A DNA stretch of 30,981 bases. Source: Ignavibacteria bacterium. Its GTDB lineage: Bacteria; Elusimicrobiota; Endomicrobiia; PHAN01. Position numbers and translations under genes: made by a program. The notes under the pieces were generated by a model. The model worked only from the letters and a program-made list of their open reading frames with translations. It ran no database searches and was not told the origin of the DNA. Where the stretch lies: contig JBGFRZ010000066.1 of assembly GCA_041694835.1 (NCBI GenBank), positions 1 through 30,981 of the forward strand. The letters run 5' to 3'. This document shows, piece after piece, positions 8,664-18,078 of the stretch (the stretch's first letter is position 1; each line of letters begins with the position of its first letter).

Positions 8664-9382
8664 TTTTTGATTTCTTTGAAAATAATTGGATCCGTCGTTT
8701 CAAGGTGGAGAGGTGTGACGGATATCTTGTTTTTTTCGACGGCGTAAACATCCGTGCCTCTTACGAGCATGCTTTTAAGGATATTACCGGAAAGCCAGTA
8801 GTACTTGCCCCCTCTCGGGTCTTCGCGCTCGGCTATTTTTTCGTCATAAGTTCTTTTACCGAGTGATGTTATGGCGACGCCTTTGTTTATTCTGGGATAG
8901 TTTATGTTTATATAGACACTTTTCGGCAAACCTTCGGTGAAAATAAAGTTCGCAAATTTTCTTGAAAACGCGGCGGCGGATTTGAAATTTTGATTCTCAT
9001 CCGATGACAAAGAGACGGCGAAAGAAGGTATCCCGAGCAATGTTCCCTCCCTGGCGCCGGCTACGGTCCCGGAATAAATAACATCTTCTCCCATATTCGG
9101 GCCGGTGTTTATTCCAGATACAACCATGTCAATTTTTCTGTTTATCAGATGCAACACGCCGAATCTGACGCAATCGACGGGGGTGCCCGTAGTTATATAA
9201 ACGTCTTTCGTGACTTTTTTTACCCAAAGCGGACGGTGAAGCGTAATAGAATGACTCATGCCGGATCTCTCCTGATCCGGAACTATGGCTATGACCCTCG
9301 CTATTTTATGGAGTTCTGTGATAAGCGGCAGGAGTCCCTGACCATGTATTCCGTCATCGTTCGTCACAAGTATTGTTTTCAT
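8642..9382 (-). CDS. surE: 5'/3'-nucleotidase SurE
   Basis: ILVTNDDG, GTPVDCV, SGINTGPN, YSGTVAGA. Confidence 0.97.
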   Translation of the reverse strand: MKTILVTNDDGIHGQGLLPLITELHKIARVIAIVPDQERSGMSHSITLHRPLWVKKVTKDVYITTGTPVDCVRFGVLHLINRKIDMVVSGINTGPNMGEDVIYSGTVAGAREGTLLGIPSFAVSLSSDENQNFKSAAAFSRKFANFIFTEGLPKSVYININYPRINKGVAITSLGKRTYDEKIAEREDPRGGKYYWLSGNILKSMLVRGTDVYAVEKNKISVTPLHLETTDPIIFKEIKKWEKDLS

Positions 9383-9470
9383 AATTCAAGGATTGAGAAA
9401 TAAGGATAAAATAACATATAGTGGAAAGCGGGAAGCGAAAAGCGTAGAGAGTTTAAACCGTCTTCCTTTC

Positions 9471-9746
9471 TAGTGTCCTGTCCCGCAAATACCTTTACAT
9501 TTGAAGGGTAGGATTTGAGACGGATTCAAGAAACGACGAGTGCGGTGTATCCTCTGCGATACATAAACGAGGAGTGACGCAGAAGCCGTCCAAATAATAC
9601 CCTTCCCGAAGGGCTGATGTCTTTTGTTCATCGTCGGCGTTGCTCGTCGCTTACATACCGCAGAGGGTATGCTTCGCTCCTCGCACCTTGACGCTGAAAC
9701 AAAATACTATCAGCAAATGTAAAGGTATTTGCGGGACAGGACACTA
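9471..9746. mobile_element. MITE with perfect 33-bp terminal inverted repeats (outer TA may be the target duplication)
   Basis: TAGTGTCCTGTCCCGCAAATACCTTTACATTTG at 9471-9503 has its exact reverse complement at 9714-9746. No transposase ORF. Confidence 0.88.
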
Positions 9747-9821
9747 CCTTTCGCCCATCTACCATCTCCTATCTCTCGTTTAGCGTCTTTCGTTCTTTGT
9801 CTCTCACTTCGCCTCTCTCCT

Positions 9822-10892
9822 CTATCCACTCATTAGTTTTACGATTTCTTCGAAAATTTTTTTCTGGGGGAGTTTGGTAGGCGCCTTTAAAGATTTTCGA
9901 TGGGGGTTATCAATATGGTTTGAAATTTTTTGAGCTATACTCGACGGGGTAAGATCTTTTTCTACAATAATCTCCCCAAGACCGCCGGAACTCAAATATG
10001 CCTTAGCGTTGTAATACTGATGGTTATCGGTAGCGTGTGGATATGGAATCAAAATCGCCGGCGCATCAATATATCTCAATTCCGCCACTGTCGTCGCACC
10101 CGAGCGGCATATTATGAGATCCGCGACGGCGTAGGCATATTCAATCCTGCTGAAATATCGAAGAACCGACGCTTTGAATTTTCTTTCCGAATACGTCTTT
10201 TTAACTTTTTCAAAATCATTTTCGCCGGTTATATGAATAAACTGCATATTCTCCCTGTATTCTTCCAAATATTCGAGAGAGGCCGCTACGCAGAGATTGA
10301 TTGCCGATGCCCCCTGGCTGCCGCCAAAAACAAAGACGGTAAATCTGTTTTCATCCAGATTCAGCTTATTGAAATCTTTTTTTGCGTTCAATACTTCTGT
10401 TCTTACGGGGTTCCCCGTCAAAATCGTTTTTTTCTTTCCGAAATATCTCAACGATTCTTCGAAACTTACGGCGACTTTATCGGCAAAAATCGAAAGCGCC
10501 CTGTTCGCCAGACCAGGTATGTAATTTTGTTCGTGAATAATTGAAGGGATACCGAATAATTTTGCGGCAAGCACAACGTTAAACGAGGTATATCCTCCCA
10601 GCCCGACCACAGCGGACGGACGTGTCTTTTTTATAAACATCGCCGAAGATATAAATCCTCTGACCAAAGAAATCGAAAAAGAAAAAAGCTTAAGGAAAGA
10701 ACGGCGCGGAAAACCCATGGCCGGGACTTCTTCGTATGACAGTCCATGTTCTTGCAATATTCTTATCCCCTTGTCGTTTTTTTTGACGACAAAACAAACT
10801 TTGTAATCGTATTTTTTTAATTCCATGGCGATTGAGATCCCTGGATATATATGGCCGCCTGTGCCCCCGCCTGCTATGATTATTGAGCCCAT
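9822..10892 (-). CDS. murG: Undecaprenyl-PP-MurNAc-pentapeptide GlcNAc transferase
   Basis: GGGTGGHIYP, HEQN, GNPVR, GGSQGA, RSGATT, HQYYNA. Confidence 0.97.
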   Translation of the reverse strand: MGSIIIAGGGTGGHIYPGISIAMELKKYDYKVCFVVKKNDKGIRILQEHGLSYEEVPAMGFPRRSFLKLFSFSISLVRGFISSAMFIKKTRPSAVVGLGGYTSFNVVLAAKLFGIPSIIHEQNYIPGLANRALSIFADKVAVSFEESLRYFGKKKTILTGNPVRTEVLNAKKDFNKLNLDENRFTVFVFGGSQGASAINLCVAASLEYLEEYRENMQFIHITGENDFEKVKKTYSERKFKASVLRYFSRIEYAYAVADLIICRSGATTVAELRYIDAPAILIPYPHATDNHQYYNAKAYLSSGGLGEIIVEKDLTPSSIAQKISNHIDNPHRKSLKAPTKLPQKKIFEEIVKLMSG

Positions 10893-10902
10893 AACATTAT
10901 TC

Positions 10903-12033
10903 TCATCGCGGATTCAACCTGCCAGAAATGTTGAGCAGTACGCCAGCTGCAGTCATGCTAACAATAAGCGAACTCCCGCCGAACGAAATGAACGGCAGAG
11001 TAAGTCCTTTTGTCGGAAATAATCCGCAGCTAACTCCAATATGAAACGCCGACTGCACCGAGAAGTATACGGCGATGCCCATGGCCGTTAAAGATGAAAA
11101 AAAATCCGATGAGTTCATTGATATTTTTAAGCCCCTCATAAACAGCAAAACAAAAAGACCAATGACAACTATCGAACCGAGATATCCCCACTCCTCGCCG
11201 ATAATGGCGAAAATAAAATCAGTATGCGGTTCTGGCAGATAAAAAAGCTTGAGTCTGCTGCGCCCGGGACCCGTGCCGAGCCATCCGCCGCGCTCAAGGG
11301 CTACCATTGAAGCGTCGTGCTGGGAATTTATCTCTGTGGCTAAGAGAGGACGAACATTGTCGGTGATATTGTTTTTATTAAAAATAAACTGTGATATATA
11401 TTCTTTCATCCTTTCCCGTCTGAAAGGTTTTCTCATTATTTCTACAGGGACCACCGATAGTCCAAGTAAGATAACTAATAGCAAATATTTCAATTTAAGA
11501 CCGGCGACAAAAAACATCGAAATGATTATCGCAACGAGTACTATCACACCACCCAAATCAGGCTGCAGAAGTATAAGAACAAGCGGAACGCCTATTATAA
11601 AAAGAAAATTCAGGAATCCGCTATGCGTCTGAAGTTTGCTTTTTTTTCTGTCTATATAATCAGCCATGAAAAGTATCATCGCCACTTTCATAAATTCTGA
11701 CGGCTGGAATGTGACAAAGCCTATGTCGAACCATCTTTTCGCTCCGTTTATTTCTTTGCCGAAAAAAAGAAGAGCAAAAAGCACGGCCGTCAATATGAAA
11801 TAAAAAAATCTTGAAAACTTTCTCATAGCCTTTTGCTTAAAACCTAAAGTAAAATACATAAATCCAAATCCTATTATCATCCATATAACCTGCTTTACAA
11901 AAAAACTATAAGGCGAGTTGAATCTCTGATAGGCGAATATCATGCTTGTCGAGAGAACCATTATCACCCCGAAAAGAAGTAGCGATAGAATCGTAATAAA
12001 AAGAATTTTATCGAATTTTTCCAGCTTTTTCAT
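10903..12033 (-). CDS. ftsW: Peptidoglycan polymerase FtsW (SEDS family)
   Basis: NGAKRW, FQPSEF, QPDLG, LPEPHTDFIFAIIGEE, LPFISFGGSS; position in the dcw cluster. Confidence 0.93.
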   Translation of the reverse strand: MKKLEKFDKILFITILSLLLFGVIMVLSTSMIFAYQRFNSPYSFFVKQVIWMIIGFGFMYFTLGFKQKAMRKFSRFFYFILTAVLFALLFFGKEINGAKRWFDIGFVTFQPSEFMKVAMILFMADYIDRKKSKLQTHSGFLNFLFIIGVPLVLILLQPDLGGVIVLVAIIISMFFVAGLKLKYLLLVILLGLSVVPVEIMRKPFRRERMKEYISQFIFNKNNITDNVRPLLATEINSQHDASMVALERGGWLGTGPGRSRLKLFYLPEPHTDFIFAIIGEEWGYLGSIVVIGLFVLLFMRGLKISMNSSDFFSSLTAMGIAVYFSVQSAFHIGVSCGLFPTKGLTLPFISFGGSSLIVSMTAAGVLLNISGRLNPR

Positions 12034-12150
12034 GGCGGATTTACGATTTCTTTAAAAATCAAAGTTTTCGAGCCGGTCAAGAGACGCTCATGCAGGCGAC
12101 AAAATCGTCGAAGCGCCTTCTCGTAATTTTTCGCATGTTGAATCGTTTAT
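12030..12150 (-). pseudogene. murD: Remnant of the murD 3' end
   Basis: Reads EGASTILSPA*ASLDRLENF, then after a frameshift IFKEIVNPP*. The MurD C-terminal consensus is roughly [26 protein letters not shown].V. It sits in the canonical mraY-ftsW slot and the final TGA overlaps the ftsW ATG (ATGA). Confidence 0.75.
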
Positions 12151-12194
12151 TTTTAGCGATTTCAAAACTGAAATAAAACTTCTCTTTCGAATCT

Positions 12195-13280
12195 TTATCG
12201 AAGTTTCAGAGAGGTCAGAGCTATGAGAGAAAGCATTACGGATATTATCACAAACCTTATTGTTACCTTCGGCTCCGACCATCCTGAAAGTTCAAAATGA
12301 TGATGAAGCGGGGCCATCTTAAAAATCCTTTTGCCGGAAGTCCTGAAAGAATGGACCTGAAGTATGACGGACAAAACCTCGGCAACAAACACCCCGCCGA
12401 TAATCACAAGCAATATTTCCTGTTTGATGAACACCGCCACCATACCAAGGCTCCCTCCAAGAAAAAGTGAGCCGGTGTCCCCCATAAAAATCTGGGCGGG
12501 ATACGAGTTGTACCAGAGAAAACCAAGTCCCGAGCCCATCACGGCGGCGAGATACACCGATATCTCACCTGCGCCCGGCACATAGATTACTTTCAGATAA
12601 TTTGAAAACTTGAAGTTCCCCGCAAGATACGCGAATATGGAGTATGTGAAAGAGACGATTATCAAGTTGCTTATCGCAAGACCGTCCAATCCGTCTGTAA
12701 GGTTAACACCGTTAGACGCTCCCAAAACAATAAAAATTACAAACGCTATATACAGATATCCAAAATTCACATAGACCTCTTTAAGATATGGTATATTTAC
12801 CCTCGAAAGATATCCGCTGTTCGAAGGAAAAATCCAAAGATATGCCGCCAGAGTTCCGGCAAGCAAAAACTGCCCTATAAGTTTTTTCCTGGCGGGGAGA
12901 CCTATCGGATTTTTCTTTACAAGCTTTAGATAATCGTCGGCAAAACCAAGAAGCCCCAGAAATAAAACTCCGCCCAAAAGCCATAGGATAAATCTATTAT
13001 CAAGCCTCGCCCATAAAAAAGTGGACAGCAGGATAGATATAAGCAGGGCTATGCCGCCCATAGTTGGGGTCCCTTCTTTTGAAAGATGTGTTTCCGGTCC
13101 GTCGGAGCGAACATGCTGTCCTATGCCCCGTCGGGAAAGATTCTGCATGAAAAACTTCATAAAAAAAACAGTGAATAAAAAAGAGGTAAAAATGGCGGCG
13201 AAAGACCTGAATGTGATGTACTGAAAAACGTTAAAAGGTGAAAAAATGTTCCTTAACGGAAACAAAATATGATAAAACAT
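12195..13280 (-). CDS. mraY: Phospho-N-acetylmuramoyl-pentapeptide transferase
   Basis: KEGTPTMGG, DDYLK, NLTDGLDGL, FMGDTGS, MAPLHHHFE. Confidence 0.98.
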   Translation of the reverse strand: MFYHILFPLRNIFSPFNVFQYITFRSFAAIFTSFLFTVFFMKFFMQNLSRRGIGQHVRSDGPETHLSKEGTPTMGGIALLISILLSTFLWARLDNRFILWLLGGVLFLGLLGFADDYLKLVKKNPIGLPARKKLIGQFLLAGTLAAYLWIFPSNSGYLSRVNIPYLKEVYVNFGYLYIAFVIFIVLGASNGVNLTDGLDGLAISNLIIVSFTYSIFAYLAGNFKFSNYLKVIYVPGAGEISVYLAAVMGSGLGFLWYNSYPAQIFMGDTGSLFLGGSLGMVAVFIKQEILLVIIGGVFVAEVLSVILQVHSFRTSGKRIFKMAPLHHHFELSGWSEPKVTIRFVIISVMLSLIALTSLKLR

Positions 13281-13283
13281 AAT

Positions 13284-14690
13284 TTATCCTTTCAAAATTT
13301 CATCAGATATCCTTGCGAAGAGTTCTTCAAATCCGAGCGCATGCGAAGCCTTAAAAAAAACCGCAGAATCCGAAGATAAGTAAACATCTTTTTTAAGCTC
13401 TTCAAATAAATCTTCTTTGTCCCTGAAATACTTAACATTTTTACTCTCGAGAACTTCCTTGTTTTTTCTATAGGCGTGCTCCATCTCTCCCCCGTAAAGA
13501 AAAACAAAATCAAACGGAAGTGCGATTATAAATTCTCCAAGTTTTTCATGCTCCGCAATCGAAGCATTCCCGAGCTCCAACATATCGCCCAACACAAGCA
13601 CCTTTTTGTTGCCCAAAAAAGCATCGCAAAAAGATTTCAATGCCTCCTTCATCGAAGAAGGGTTGGCGTTGTACGCATCGTTCACCAAAACACAGCCGTT
13701 CGGAAGTTCAATCTTTTCCATGCGCCCTGAAACGGGACGGAAATTTTCAAGACCCTGTTTAACCAAATCAGCGTTCAACCCGAATGCATAAGCAACGGAC
13801 GCCGCAGCGAGAGCGTTATAAACGTTGAACTCCCCGACTATTTTCATAGATATGGGGAATTTTACATCGCCATATTTCATCTGAAAACTTATCCCCTCGC
13901 GATGATTTCTTATTTCGGATGCGATTATATCGGCGGATGATGTTCCGAATGTAATTTTACCAGAAGCCATTTTTTGCGAAAACGCACAAAGCATAGGATC
14001 GTCCAGATTCAAAACTGCTATGCCGTCGCTTCTTAAGTTGTCGAATATCTTTATTTCTTCCTCGAAAACCCCTTCCAGTGACCCGAGCCCCTTGAGATGC
14101 TCCAATCCGATGTTCGTAAGAACGGCGATGTCGGGAGATGCGATTTTCGAGAGTTTCTCCATCTCTCCTCTCTTTGAAATTCCAAGCTCGAGTATCAGAT
14201 ATTTTTCAGTGCCTTTTAGATCGAAAATTGTAAGAGAAAGACCTATTTCGTTGTTATAGTTTCCGAAGCTCTTAATGGCCACGCCGTCGAGCGACAATAT
14301 GGAATGCGCCATGTTTTTGGCCGTCGTCTTTCCGTTAGAGCCTCCGAACGCCACAACCTTTCCATTATATATCCCTCTTTGATACGTCGCAAAATCAAGC
14401 ATGGCGGAAAGCGTGTCTTTGACCTTTATCAAAGCCGGGAGATTTAATATGACTCCGCCCTCGTCCAACTTTATATCGTTCCTCGAAAAAACAACCACGG
14501 ATACGTTTTTTCCTACAGCGATTTTTATAAAATCATGGCCGTCGAAGTTTTCGCCTATGAGCGCAAAAAAACAATCGTCCCTTCTCAATTTTCTTGTATC
14601 TGTTGAGACATTTTCGAAATAACCATGAGGGTCACCCGACCAGAATTCGCCGTTTATTACTTTTACAAAATCCATCAGTTTGATTTTCAT
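13284..14690 (-). CDS. murF: UDP-MurNAc-tripeptide--D-Ala-D-Ala ligase
   Basis: STDTR, DGHDF, GSNGKTT, NYNNEIG, NDAYNANPSSM, LGDMLELG. Confidence 0.96.
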   Translation of the reverse strand: MKIKLMDFVKVINGEFWSGDPHGYFENVSTDTRKLRRDDCFFALIGENFDGHDFIKIAVGKNVSVVVFSRNDIKLDEGGVILNLPALIKVKDTLSAMLDFATYQRGIYNGKVVAFGGSNGKTTAKNMAHSILSLDGVAIKSFGNYNNEIGLSLTIFDLKGTEKYLILELGISKRGEMEKLSKIASPDIAVLTNIGLEHLKGLGSLEGVFEEEIKIFDNLRSDGIAVLNLDDPMLCAFSQKMASGKITFGTSSADIIASEIRNHREGISFQMKYGDVKFPISMKIVGEFNVYNALAAASVAYAFGLNADLVKQGLENFRPVSGRMEKIELPNGCVLVNDAYNANPSSMKEALKSFCDAFLGNKKVLVLGDMLELGNASIAEHEKLGEFIIALPFDFVFLYGGEMEHAYRKNKEVLESKNVKYFRDKEDLFEELKKDVYLSSDSAVFFKASHALGFEELFARISDEILKG

Positions 14691-14703
14691 AAGTTTGATG
14701 TAA

Positions 14704-16182
14704 TTATATCATTTCGGAAGCGACCTTACAATCGCTGAAAGGCTTCCGCTCGCTCCCGATTATCTGATATGTCTCGTGCCCTTTCCCCGCCAGCAGTATT
14801 ATATCGCCTTCTGAAGCCATATTCACGGCGTATTCTATCGCTTCTTTTCTGTCGATTATGCTCTTATAATTTTTGGCTCCAATTTTTTTTATGCCGATTT
14901 CTATATCTAGAAGTATTTTATATGGGTCCTCCGTCCTCGGATTGTCGGATGTGACAATTACAAAATCACTCATTGAGCTTGCAGCCGCGCCCATGAGAGG
15001 TCTCTTCGTTCTGTCTCTGTCTCCGCCGCAACCGAAAACCGTTATTAAACGCCTATGCTTCAACTCTTTCAATGAACTTATAACTTTTATAATCGCATCC
15101 GGCGTGTGGGCGTAATCAATCACGACCATAAAACCTTTTCTGGAATGAAGGGTCTGAAGTCGACCGGGTATACCGCTTACTTTCAAAAGACCTTTTTTTA
15201 TCTCTAAAATTCCAGCGCCGCAACAGGAAGCGGCAGCTATCGACAGCATGGCATTTGAGACATTATATCTCCCGATGAGATTCATCTCAAACTCTTCTTT
15301 TTTTCCAAATATATCGCACACAAATTTAGTTTTTTCAGCGCTCATATTTACCTCGCCAACAAAAATATCGGCATTGCATAACATCGAACATTTTACGGTT
15401 TTTGTTCCCGCCACACTGAAATCCGCCAATTTTTTCACCCATTCATCGTCGATATTGATTATAGAATATTTCTTTTGTTTCGGGCTCAAGGGCAAAATCT
15501 CGGTGAAAAGTCTTGCTTTGGCGTTAAAATAATTCTCCATACTGCCGTGGTAGTCGAGGTGTTCTTGAGTAAGATTTGTAAAAATTCCACAGTCAAATTC
15601 ACAGCCATCAACCCTTCGTTGGTCAAGAGAATGACTGGATGTTTCCATAAGAACAACTTTTACTTTTCTATCTCTCATCTCCGATAAAATTTTCATCAGT
15701 TCGTGCGGAGGGGGTGTGGTGTGCATGGCGGGAATGACTTTGCTGTTAAATCTATAGTTGATTGTTCCTATAACACCCGTAACATTGTTGATATTGAAAA
15801 TCGATTCAAGCAGGTATGTTATCGTGGTTTTTCCGTTTGTGCCCGTAACGCCTATCAAGAGAAGGTCTTTCGTGGGGTTTTCATAAAAATTTGCCGCAAG
15901 CTTCGCAAAAGCGAGCCTCGAATCCCCTACTGCGAATATCTTGCTTTTATCTCCGATTGCCGCCGCATCGGATGCCGAAATCATTACCGCTGCTGAACCC
16001 TTTTTTAGCGCTTCGGCAACGTAATTTGCTCCCCTCGTATGAACCCCGTCCAATGCAGCAAAAAGATCGCCCGTCTTCGCCTGTCTTGAGTCCAACGTTA
16101 ATCCCTTGATTTCCGTTTCCAGAAGTTCATCGTTAAAAAGTGTGATATTATCCAAATCTCTCAGAACATTTTTTAGTTTCAT
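14704..16182 (-). CDS. murE: UDP-MurNAc-dipeptide--meso-DAP ligase
   Basis: GVTGTNGKTT, DYAHTPDA, FGCGGDRD, GKGHE, and the DNPR motif (meso-DAP type). Confidence 0.97.
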   Translation of the reverse strand: MKLKNVLRDLDNITLFNDELLETEIKGLTLDSRQAKTGDLFAALDGVHTRGANYVAEALKKGSAAVMISASDAAAIGDKSKIFAVGDSRLAFAKLAANFYENPTKDLLLIGVTGTNGKTTITYLLESIFNINNVTGVIGTINYRFNSKVIPAMHTTPPPHELMKILSEMRDRKVKVVLMETSSHSLDQRRVDGCEFDCGIFTNLTQEHLDYHGSMENYFNAKARLFTEILPLSPKQKKYSIINIDDEWVKKLADFSVAGTKTVKCSMLCNADIFVGEVNMSAEKTKFVCDIFGKKEEFEMNLIGRYNVSNAMLSIAAASCCGAGILEIKKGLLKVSGIPGRLQTLHSRKGFMVVIDYAHTPDAIIKVISSLKELKHRRLITVFGCGGDRDRTKRPLMGAAASSMSDFVIVTSDNPRTEDPYKILLDIEIGIKKIGAKNYKSIIDRKEAIEYAVNMASEGDIILLAGKGHETYQIIGSERKPFSDCKVASEMI

Positions 16183-17828
16183 CGTAAATATACCTCATCC
16201 GAAGGTTCTATCCTCATATAATTGAGCACACAGGATGCTACAGCGGCGAATACGGGGGCGGCGACAGTCCCCCCCCAGTAATCCCCGGTTTTCGGAGAGT
16301 CCACCATCACAAAAATCGTGAAAACCGGGTTGTCGAGAGGCAGAATCCCGCAGAACGAAGAGATATACTCGCTCTTCGAGTATCGCCGCGTCACAGGGTC
16401 CAATTTTTGTGCGGTTCCAGTTTTGCCGCCGACGCGATAGCCTATCACAGCGCTCAATCTGCCCGTGCCATAATTGACCACATCGCCAAGCATTTCTTTT
16501 AATGTCTCTATCGTCTTGCCATCAATCACCTGCCTTATGACCTTTTTTCCGCTTTGATATATTATTTTGTCCTTTGAACGAATTTTTTTTACTATCTTAG
16601 GCTCAAGCAAGTATCCGCCGTTTGCGATTGATGAGTAAGCGTTTACGATCTGAATCGGTGTGGCGGAAATACCGTGGCCGTACGAAACCGTTACGACTGT
16701 CAGAGGATCCCATTTTCGGGGCATCAGTCCCTTTTCCTCGCCGGGGATGTTAATTCCAGAAAGAGAGCCAAATCCGAAATTTCTTATAACCGAGTGTATT
16801 TCATCTTTTGAAAGCCTCTGGGATATTTTCGCACATGCTATGTTGGAAGAAAAAGCGAATGCCTCTCTTATGGTAAGCATGGCTTTTTTTTCATAGTCGT
16901 TTATCTCGTGGTTGTATATCCTGTACTTTCCGTTTTCGCAAAATATCAGCTCATCTTCCTTTACTACCCCTTGTGATAAAGCGGCGGCATATGTGAACAA
17001 TTTGAACGTAGAACCGGGCTCGAAAATGCTCCCAACAATCGGAGTGGCGTCGCTTTTTGTGGTTTTGCCGGAGTTTTTTTCAACCGATGCCAAAGCAAGC
17101 AACTCACCGCTCTGGGGAGACTGGACGACAATTATCACCCTTTTTGCATCGCTCTTTTCCTGAACCGATGAAGCGACACTCTCCGCTATATACTGGATGT
17201 TTTTGTCGATTGTAAGATATACATCCGAACCCTTCGTCACCGACTCCAAATAAAAATCAGATGGTATGTTGCGTCCGGCGCCATCGCGCTGTTTTGTTAT
17301 TTTTACAGACTTTCCAGAAAGATGTTTATCGTATGCAAGTTCTATCCCCGTTTTGACATTATCGTTGCAAATTCCTATAAAGCTCTTCGACAGTTCGCCT
17401 TCCGGATATATCCTCTTCATCTCTTCCTTGAAACCGACGCCTCTGATTTTTTGCTCCTTTATTTTTTCCGCTTCTTCGTAAGACAGCTCGCAATCAAGCG
17501 GCAGGTATCTTTTCCCGGTTTTCAAAATTTCCCTCAAATCGGCTTTTGATACTTTTATGTGTCGGTTCAATTTTTCGTAAAGTTCGTCGGAATCACTTAT
17601 TAATTTCGCATCTAAGAAAGGTCTTATGATTTTCCGGCTCATCACAAGGGGTTTGCCGTTTCTGTCATAAATGTTACCCCTTTGTCCGTTTTGATATAAG
17701 GATTTCATCCCGAAGTCATCAACGGAAGATTTCTTCGACCATACCTGAACAGAAAAAAGCCGAATGGCGATGCTGAGCCATATCGCCATAAAAAACACAA
17801 AAAGTGTTATCGTTCTTTTTTTTGACAT
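16179..17828 (-). CDS. ftsI: Division transpeptidase PBP3
   Basis: N-terminal TM, RGNIYDRNG, and the catalytic motifs EPGSTFK (SxxK), SSN and KTG; between ftsL and murE. Confidence 0.92.
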   Translation of the reverse strand: MSKKRTITLFVFFMAIWLSIAIRLFSVQVWSKKSSVDDFGMKSLYQNGQRGNIYDRNGKPLVMSRKIIRPFLDAKLISDSDELYEKLNRHIKVSKADLREILKTGKRYLPLDCELSYEEAEKIKEQKIRGVGFKEEMKRIYPEGELSKSFIGICNDNVKTGIELAYDKHLSGKSVKITKQRDGAGRNIPSDFYLESVTKGSDVYLTIDKNIQYIAESVASSVQEKSDAKRVIIVVQSPQSGELLALASVEKNSGKTTKSDATPIVGSIFEPGSTFKLFTYAAALSQGVVKEDELIFCENGKYRIYNHEINDYEKKAMLTIREAFAFSSNIACAKISQRLSKDEIHSVIRNFGFGSLSGINIPGEEKGLMPRKWDPLTVVTVSYGHGISATPIQIVNAYSSIANGGYLLEPKIVKKIRSKDKIIYQSGKKVIRQVIDGKTIETLKEMLGDVVNYGTGRLSAVIGYRVGGKTGTAQKLDPVTRRYSKSEYISSFCGILPLDNPVFTIFVMVDSPKTGDYWGGTVAAPVFAAVASCVLNYMRIEPSDEVYLR

Positions 17829-18067
17829 AAACGAATATGGATTATCTCGTTTGCTTTGGGAAATGTGAATTTATTTAAAGCGGCAAAATGCATCATCTTA
17901 TCGGAAGATTTAAGTTCCATCAATTTGGAAAAAAGCCTGGAGTTTTGAGATTCCACCCTGGCAAGCTCTGCGTAGTGTTTCTTAAGTTCATATGCCTTCC
18001 TGACACTTTCAAGTTGTTGCCATATCACTAAACCGAGAAAAACGAACGTGTATATCAACGTTTTCAT
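17807..18067 (-). CDS. ftsL: FtsL-like cell division protein
   Basis: 86 aa with a TM followed by a coiled coil, in the canonical slot between rsmH and ftsI. Confidence 0.65.
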   Translation of the reverse strand: MKTLIYTFVFLGLVIWQQLESVRKAYELKKHYAELARVESQNSRLFSKLMELKSSDKMMHFAALNKFTFPKANEIIHIRLCQKKER

Positions 18068-18078
18068 TTTGTGGTTTT

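Noticed and set aside
12088-12090. TGA in the murD stub as a recoded codon (Sec, Trp or Gly)
   Set aside because: TGA terminates intact genes here (ftsW, ftsI), and the stub also has a frameshift and lacks most of murD.
12088-12282. 64-aa ORF overlapping mraY
   Set aside because: Not an independent gene; its 3' part is the murD remnant frame.
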